From assembly GCA_046498225.1 (NCBI GenBank), contig JAWOBF010000045.1:1-13427 (forward strand): a stretch of DNA of 13,427 nucleotides. Direction: 5' to 3'. A program made the translations under genes and the position numbers. The notes under the pieces were generated by a model. That model did not search any database. It worked only from the letters and a program-made list of their open reading frames with translations, and was not told the DNA's origin. Source of the DNA: Candidatus Aegiribacteria sp. (GTDB lineage: Bacteria > Fermentibacterota > Fermentibacteria > Fermentibacterales > JCC-6). Within the stretch, counting starts at the first letter, position 1; each line of letters begins with the position of its first letter. Shown here piece after piece: positions 8,460 to 13,427 of this stretch.

Positions 8460-9524
8460 ATGGTGGCGACCCCCGCAGATGAAAGAGAGAGAATAACCGG
8501 ACTTCCCTTCCGCCTTCTCAGCCGATGGGTCACCGGCCGGATGGGCATGAAGCCCTACCGGGCGGGGCAGATCTTCTCCTGGGTACATCAGAAGAGAGTA
8601 ACCGGGTTCGATGAGATGACCAGCATTTCCAGCGAAGCCAGAAAGCGGCTGGACGAGAACGCCGTCATCACACTACTTCGCGAGAGGGAGACCCTCGCAG
8701 CCGATGACGGGACAGTCAAACACAGCTATTCCCTGGATGACGATGAAACTGTGGAAGCGGTACTGATACCCGACGGCCGGAGGCTTACCGCATGCCTGTC
8801 CACGCAGGTGGGCTGCAGGTGCGGATGTGTTTTCTGCCGGACAGGCATGGGCGGTTTCAGGAGGAACCTGGCGGCCGACGAGATAGTGGCTCAACTGTAC
8901 GCCCTTCAGCGAAGTAGCGAACGGCGGATAAGCAACGTGGTATTCATGGGAATGGGTGAGCCCATGGACAATTTCTCAAATCTGAAGAACGCCCTCTCGA
9001 TAATCAGTGACGACAGGGGCATATGCATAGGGGCCAGAAAGATAACAGTGTCCACTGTCGGGCTCCCGGGCGGCATCGCCAGGCTGGCGGAACTGGAAGC
9101 GCAGTACGGCCTGGCCGTATCCCTGCACAGCGCGGTCACCTCGACCAGACAATTCCTTGTACCGGTCTCGAGAGCCCTTCCACTGCCGGACCTGAAGAAG
9201 GATATCTCGCTGTACAATGACCGTACCGGTAGAAGAGTGACCCTGGAGTACTGCCTGATATCCGGCATCAACGATTCACCGGAGGAAGCGGCGGCGCTGG
9301 CGGATTTCTCCAGAGGAATAGAGTGCAAGATAAACCTGCTGGTCTATAATCCCGTCCCGGGCAGAGCTTTCGAGACTCCGGACGCTGAGGCCGTCGAGAA
9401 GTTCATGAAGTACCTCTATCCCAGGTGCCAGGCCGTGACACTCAGACGTTCAAGGGGAAGCGACATAGCCGCCGCCTGCGGGCAGCTGGGGAATAATGAG
9501 ATCCCAGGCGGAATATCAGAATGA
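8460..9524 (+). CDS. rlmN: Dual-specificity 23S rRNA A2503 / tRNA A37 C2-methyltransferase (radical SAM)
   Basis: CLSTQVGCRCGCVFCRTG (CxxxCxxC), NVVFMGMGEP, ITVSTVG, LAVSLHS, TLEY, RGSDIAAACGQL. Start probably ATG 8460 or GTG 8463, after GGAAGGA, rather than 8391. Confidence 0.93.
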   Translation: MVATPADERERITGLPFRLLSRWVTGRMGMKPYRAGQIFSWVHQKRVTGFDEMTSISSEARKRLDENAVITLLRERETLAADDGTVKHSYSLDDDETVEAVLIPDGRRLTACLSTQVGCRCGCVFCRTGMGGFRRNLAADEIVAQLYALQRSSERRISNVVFMGMGEPMDNFSNLKNALSIISDDRGICIGARKITVSTVGLPGGIARLAELEAQYGLAVSLHSAVTSTRQFLVPVSRALPLPDLKKDISLYNDRTGRRVTLEYCLISGINDSPEEAAALADFSRGIECKINLLVYNPVPGRAFETPDAEAVEKFMKYLYPRCQAVTLRRSRGSDIAAACGQLGNNEIPGGISE

Positions 9525-10076
9525 GATGGAAGCGGTGAGCTCCAGGCCGGTAAGATCACTCCCCTCCCCGGCCACGCCGGATCCCGACCCTATCCACTCC
9601 GGTGTCACCACCAGGTCCAGCGAAGCGGACCTGCCGAGATTCACCCTCGCACCTATCTCCGCGCCGATGACACCGGCTCCGGTGGTAGTCCCGTCTTGCC
9701 CCGGCTCAGGACTGTCCCACAGCAGCATGCCCCCTGCATATATGCCCATCAGCGGTTCTATGCCCCTGGGACCCGCAAACCTTCTGTAAAAGGGATAGGT
9801 CCTGTATCCTACCGTGAGGGGTATGGCCGATACTCCGTCGAAGGTAATCCGGTCCGACCCCGCGCTCAGGAAACCTGTCTCGACTATGAACACGTTCCCC
9901 ATTGACGGAGGTATCTGAACGGAAGCCACTACCGCCGGACCGGGCGTAAGCCTGGCATCCGAATCCAGAAGCGCCGGCATCCATGCTCCGGCACCCAGTG
10001 AAAACTCGAGCCGGCTCCTGTCCGAAGCCGCCGAAATGGCGGTAAGCACGGCGAGAAACAAGAATACTGTCTTCAT
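9516..10076 (-). CDS. Hypothetical secreted protein, probable small outer-membrane beta-barrel
   Basis: ATG 10076 follows the RBS TAAGGAG. Sec signal peptide MKTVFLFLAVLTAISAA; amphipathic beta-strand patterns (LEFSLGAGAW, IPLTVGYRTY, IYAGG, AEIGARVNL); ends LELTASISF with a terminal Phe (BAM beta-signal-like). Confidence 0.65.
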   Translation of the reverse strand: MKTVFLFLAVLTAISAASDRSRLEFSLGAGAWMPALLDSDARLTPGPAVVASVQIPPSMGNVFIVETGFLSAGSDRITFDGVSAIPLTVGYRTYPFYRRFAGPRGIEPLMGIYAGGMLLWDSPEPGQDGTTTGAGVIGAEIGARVNLGRSASLDLVVTPEWIGSGSGVAGEGSDLTGLELTASISF

Positions 10077-10142
10077 TTTTGTCTCCTTACTATTGTATGC
10101 TAGCAATAATTATACACATATGCTAAAATGCAAGACCTGACC
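10077..10142 (-). promoter_or_regulatory. AT-rich putative promoter/operator upstream of the beta-barrel gene
   Basis: Minus-strand TATAAT (10114-10109) and TACAAT (10097-10092). TTGCAT (10133-10128) is only 13 bp from TATAAT, so no canonical -35 is seen. Strong RBS downstream. Confidence 0.4.
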
Positions 10143-10667
10143 CTAATATTCGATGGATCTGCGGGCCTGCAGGTTCTCGGTGGCGTAATAGTGTTTTATC
10201 TCCCTCATCTCCGTCACAAGGTCCGCCTCCCGGACGAATGAGTCCGGAGCGTAGCGGCCGGTGACCACAAGCTCCACCTCACGCGGCCGGGAACGTATCA
10301 GCTCCAGGGCCGCCGACTCCTCCAGCAGACCCATATGCACGGTAACGCTCAGTTCGTCGGCCACCACCATCCCGTAAATTCCGGAGCACATTGCCCGGGT
10401 GAACTTCTCTATCCCCATCCGCGCCCTCTCCCTGTCATCCTCCGACGGCTTCTCACCTTTGCATATGAGCCGGGGCGAGCCGTACTGCTCCATGGTGATC
10501 ACACCCGGGAAATGATCGGGAAGGGCGAGCTCCGAGTAATCCATGCCCTTCATGAACTGGCCGAAATAGACCCTCACTCCGGAGCAGGCTGCCCTGACAG
10601 CCAGGCCAATGGCCGCTGTGGTCTTTCCCTTGCCGTTGCCTGTATACAGCTGAAATCTTCCATCCAT
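10143..10667 (-). CDS. cobO: Cob(I)yrinic acid a,c-diamide adenosyltransferase (CobA/CobO/BtuR family)
   Basis: QLYTGNGKGKTTAAIGLAVRA, QFMKG, VADE, ELVVTGR, ADLVTEMREIKHYY and terminal ARRSIEY. Short 174-aa form. Confidence 0.93.
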   Translation of the reverse strand: MDGRFQLYTGNGKGKTTAAIGLAVRAACSGVRVYFGQFMKGMDYSELALPDHFPGVITMEQYGSPRLICKGEKPSEDDRERARMGIEKFTRAMCSGIYGMVVADELSVTVHMGLLEESAALELIRSRPREVELVVTGRYAPDSFVREADLVTEMREIKHYYATENLQARRSIEY

Positions 10668-10735
10668 GGTTCAATTCCCTTCAAAGGTAAGATATTGCCT
10701 GATCATGACGGGGGAAAGTGGCGTCGTCCTCTCAC

Positions 10736-10766
10736 TTGACAGCGGAGGCCGGGGCATTTCTAGTAT
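10736..10766 (+). promoter_or_regulatory. Putative sigma70-type promoter for the cyclase-STAND gene
   Basis: Perfect TTGACA (10736-10741), a 19-bp spacer, then TAGTAT (10761-10766), 25 nt upstream of the ATG at 10792. The spacer is longer than optimal. Confidence 0.4.
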
Positions 10767-10791
10767 GTTCCAACTAATTCACCGATAGGGG

Positions 10792-13427
10792 ATGTCAACT
10801 TTGAACCCGCTGCTCCCTGGCAATATCAGGATGGTAAGGGAGGGAAGGTCCATCTTCCATGGATCCCTCCTTTTCGCGGACATCTCGGGCTTCACCGAAC
10901 TCACGGGAAAACTGGCCCTTCACGGCAAGAGGGGTACCGAAGAGCTCTGCGAGATACTCAACAGCTTTTTCAGCAGCATGTACGGCATCGTGAAGGAACA
11001 CGGGGGCAGTGTTATCTACTCGGCCGGAGATTCTCTGATGGTCAGCTTCCCCTCCGAAGCAGGCACCGCCGGGTGCGCGAAGGCCATGATGGAGGGAATG
11101 GAGGAATTCAGGCGGCTTCGAACCATAGCCGGATATTTTTCCCTGGGAATAAAGACCGTTCTGGGCTACGGCTCATGGGGCGTATTCGTGGTTGGCGACG
11201 CCACGGTCGCCAGGCTGGTCCTCACCGGCGAACTGGTGGAGAAAATGGCCCTGGCGGAGGAAACAGCGGTCCGGGGGGAGACCGTATCGGTTACTTCCTC
11301 CCTCCCCGTCTCCATGCCCTGCCACCCCTCGGAGCCGGTGCCGGACAGCGCGTTCTACATTCCCGGCACGGAGAACCTTCAGGGAGAACACAGGTCGATA
11401 TCCGCCATCTTCCTTAACGTCACCGGCTACGACCCCGCCATGCCGCCGGTGGATCGAATAAGGCGCCTTTACACCGATGTTTCCGGTATAACCATGAAGT
11501 ATCGCGGGGTGGTGCAGATGGTGGACAGCGTTCTGGCCGGAGGTTTCAGAATGTTCCTTCTGTTCGGCGCCCCGAGGTCCTACGGCAGCGACCTGCTGGA
11601 GGGAGTGCAGGCCGGGCTTGACATAATAAGCCGCCTCTCCGGCCTCGAGGGTCTGCAGGTGCGGATGGGAATGGACAGCGGCTACGCCTTCGCCGGCGTT
11701 ATTGGAAACTCATGGAGGAAGCATTACACGGTGATAGGGGAAGTGGTGAACACCGCCGCCCGAATAGCCGATTCGGCGGAACCCGGTTCATTCCTTATCT
11801 CGGACAGGGTCTACAGGATGTGCAGGAACGATTTCGTATGCATTGAAAAGGGAGATGCGGACCTCAGCGGAATGGATGGAACCCTGAGGCTCTTCTCCCC
11901 CTCCCGCAGAAGGCCGGACCCGGTGTACAGCTACCGGTTCGCGGGAAGGGAGAGTGAAACCGATGAGATCATGGGCAGGGTCCTGTCCGGCGGATGTCTG
12001 ACGCTGATCGAGGGGGAGGCAGGCATAGGCAAGACCAGGTTCCTGGACCGCCTCAGGGACCTGCTGGTCGAAATGGGTTTCATGGTTCCCGCGGGCTCGT
12101 CGTCGGAACACGGGCAGACCGACGAGATACTCGCCACCCTGGTGGCCGACATGGCGGGAATTCTGCAGAGCGACACCCGCGAGGTCAGTAAGAACAGGCT
12201 GCGTTACCTGATACATGAGCTGGATGATTCCAGGGGAACCCTGGCCCGGCGGGAGCCCTTCCTGGGAAGGATGCTCTTCTCCATAGAGTATCCTGAATCC
12301 GATTACGACCGTCTCCCGCCGAAGCTCAGAAGGGAGAATCTGGTAGACGGTGTCTGCGACCTGACAGGCCGGATGGCCGGGCCGGTATGCGTAATCCTGG
12401 AAAACCTCCATAACTGCACTGATGAGGACCTGAAGACGGTAGAATACATCTGCCGGAATGTACTCGGACGTTCGGGCTCGGATGTGTCCTTCGTTCTTTC
12501 CAGAAGGCCGGATGACAGGGTCCTTTTCGAATCCGGAGACCCTGAGGCGGTTAAGCTGACCCTGGGTAACCTGGATGAGAAGGCCAGGGACCAGCTGATG
12601 CTGGAGATCCTTGAAGGCAGCCCGCTGGAAGGTCCGCTGGAGGAGCTTATCGTAAGGAGGGCCGGGGGGAATCCCTTCTACCTGATGCAGTTCCTGCTGT
12701 ACCTCAGGGAGGAGAGTCTCATAACCCTGGAAGACGGGGTCTGGACAAGAACGGCGGCTTACAGCGATAATCGGCTCCCGGAAAGCGTTTTCTCGATGAT
12801 AATGGCCAGGATTGACAGGCTGGAGAAACAGGCCAAACGAAGCCTGAGGATAGGCAGCGTGATGGGCATGAGGTTCGACGAGGAGATAGTGGGAAGGGTA
12901 GCGGAAACGGACGCCGGTCCGGGCCTTTCCGAATGCAGCGATGCCGGGCTCATCTACAGGTCGGAACTCAGGGCCCTGGAGTTCGTATTCTCCCACACAC
13001 TGATAAAGGACGTAACCTACGATTCCATTCTGAGGAAGCGCAGGAAGTCGATCCACGGCGCCATCGGGAGCATCCTGGAGGAGATGTACCAGCATGAGCC
13101 GGAACCGGTGTGCCCGGTACTGGCTTATCATTTCCAGACCGCCGGGAAATGGGACAAGGCCCTGGATTACAATATCATGGCAGGTGAGAAGGCATGGTCG
13201 GAATACAGGAACCAGAACGCTGTTCAGCACTACCTGAACGCGGTGAAGATAATGGAGGAGCACCAGGAAGGCCTGCCCGACAGAAGAGCATGGTGCTTCA
13301 GGGAGCTGGGAAGGGTGCATGACCGTCTGGGTGATTACGACCTTGCCCTGGAATACTACGATAAAGCGCTGGAAACGTCTTCGGATTTTGAAATCACGGC
13401 CGATGTTTCGCTGATGAAAGCGGATAT
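10792..13427 (+). CDS. Tandem class III nucleotide cyclase + STAND (AAA-like) ATPase + TPR protein, soluble adenylyl cyclase/ADCY10-like; 3'-truncated
   Basis: Manually translated: frame +1 is open from ATG 10792 to the window end (at least 878 codons). C1 domain: LLFADISGFT (D at 10879) and SAGDSL (D at 11029). C2 domain: GEHRSISAIFLNV, LLFGAP, RMGMDSG and YTVIGEVVNTAARI. STAND domain: FAGRESE, Walker A GEAGIGKT (12013-12036), Walker B-like VILENLH, GGNPFY, ARIDRL and FVFSHTLIKDVTY. TPR-like region: LAYHF...AGEKA and LGRVHDRLGDYDLALEYYDKAL. Confidence 0.9.
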   Translation, partial: MSTLNPLLPGNIRMVREGRSIFHGSLLFADISGFTELTGKLALHGKRGTEELCEILNSFFSSMYGIVKEHGGSVIYSAGDSLMVSFPSEAGTAGCAKAMMEGMEEFRRLRTIAGYFSLGIKTVLGYGSWGVFVVGDATVARLVLTGELVEKMALAEETAVRGETVSVTSSLPVSMPCHPSEPVPDSAFYIPGTENLQGEHRSISAIFLNVTGYDPAMPPVDRIRRLYTDVSGITMKYRGVVQMVDSVLAGGFRMFLLFGAPRSYGSDLLEGVQAGLDIISRLSGLEGLQVRMGMDSGYAFAGVIGNSWRKHYTVIGEVVNTAARIADSAEPGSFLISDRVYRMCRNDFVCIEKGDADLSGMDGTLRLFSPSRRRPDPVYSYRFAGRESETDEIMGRVLSGGCLTLIEGEAGIGKTRFLDRLRDLLVEMGFMVPAGSSSEHGQTDEILATLVADMAGILQSDTREVSKNRLRYLIHELDDSRGTLARREPFLGRMLFSIEYPESDYDRLPPKLRRENLVDGVCDLTGRMAGPVCVILENLHNCTDEDLKTVEYICRNVLGRSGSDVSFVLSRRPDDRVLFESGDPEAVKLTLGNLDEKARDQLMLEILEGSPLEGPLEELIVRRAGGNPFYLMQFLLYLREESLITLEDGVWTRTAAYSDNRLPESVFSMIMARIDRLEKQAKRSLRIGSVMGMRFDEEIVGRVAETDAGPGLSECSDAGLIYRSELRALEFVFSHTLIKDVTYDSILRKRRKSIHGAIGSILEEMYQHEPEPVCPVLAYHFQTAGKWDKALDYNIMAGEKAWSEYRNQNAVQHYLNAVKIMEEHQEGLPDRRAWCFRELGRVHDRLGDYDLALEYYDKALETSSDFEITADVSLMKAD

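Noticed and set aside
7498..8588. N-terminal extensions of thiL (to 7614), mtnP (to 8588) and rlmN (from 8391) in the ORF track
   Set aside because: The thiL and mtnP extensions overlap neighbouring genes and the rlmN extension would fill the promoter gap. Family homology and RBSs point to starts at 7497, 8372 and about 8460.
8460..9524. Cfr-type antibiotic-resistance methyltransferase
   Set aside because: The CLSTQVGC, VVFMGMGEP and ITVSTVG motifs and the housekeeping context fit RlmN, and no mobile element is nearby.
10668..10791. Cobalamin riboswitch upstream of cobO
   Set aside because: The 124-bp gap is short and shared with a divergent promoter, and I see no B12-box or conserved core. 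An Infernal/Rfam scan would settle it.
11788..13320. 510-aa minus-strand ORF in the track
   Set aside because: It is the antisense shadow of the cyclase-STAND gene and has no recognisable motifs. Long antisense frames are expected with GC-rich codon usage.
1..13427. CRISPR arrays, tRNA/rRNA genes, IS elements, integrases, prophage genes
   Set aside because: None seen. Nearly all sequence is explained by CDSs and the intergenic gaps are at most 124 bp.

Overview
GC-rich, gene-dense bacterial chromosomal window with 12 supportable CDSs. I see no RNA genes, CRISPR arrays or mobile elements. (1) A translationally coupled + strand operon: patatin-like phospholipase (5'-truncated), xdhA, xdhB and a small Mpv17/PMP22-like membrane protein. 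(2) A converging - strand run: mtnP, thiL, DUF4342 protein and an MscS channel fused to a cyclic-nucleotide-binding domain. (3) rlmN, divergent from mtnP. (4) On the - strand, cobO and a predicted outer-membrane beta-barrel, which suggests a diderm host. (5) A large + strand gene absent from the ORF track because it runs off the 3' end (10792 to >13427). It encodes tandem class III cyclase domains, a STAND ATPase and TPRs, resembling soluble adenylyl cyclase, with atypical substrate-pocket residues. The two best leads are the XDH-coupled Mpv17/PMP22 homolog (candidate purine/urate channel) and the divergent STAND cyclase near a cNMP-gated MscS. All family calls come from motif recognition by eye; no searches were run.
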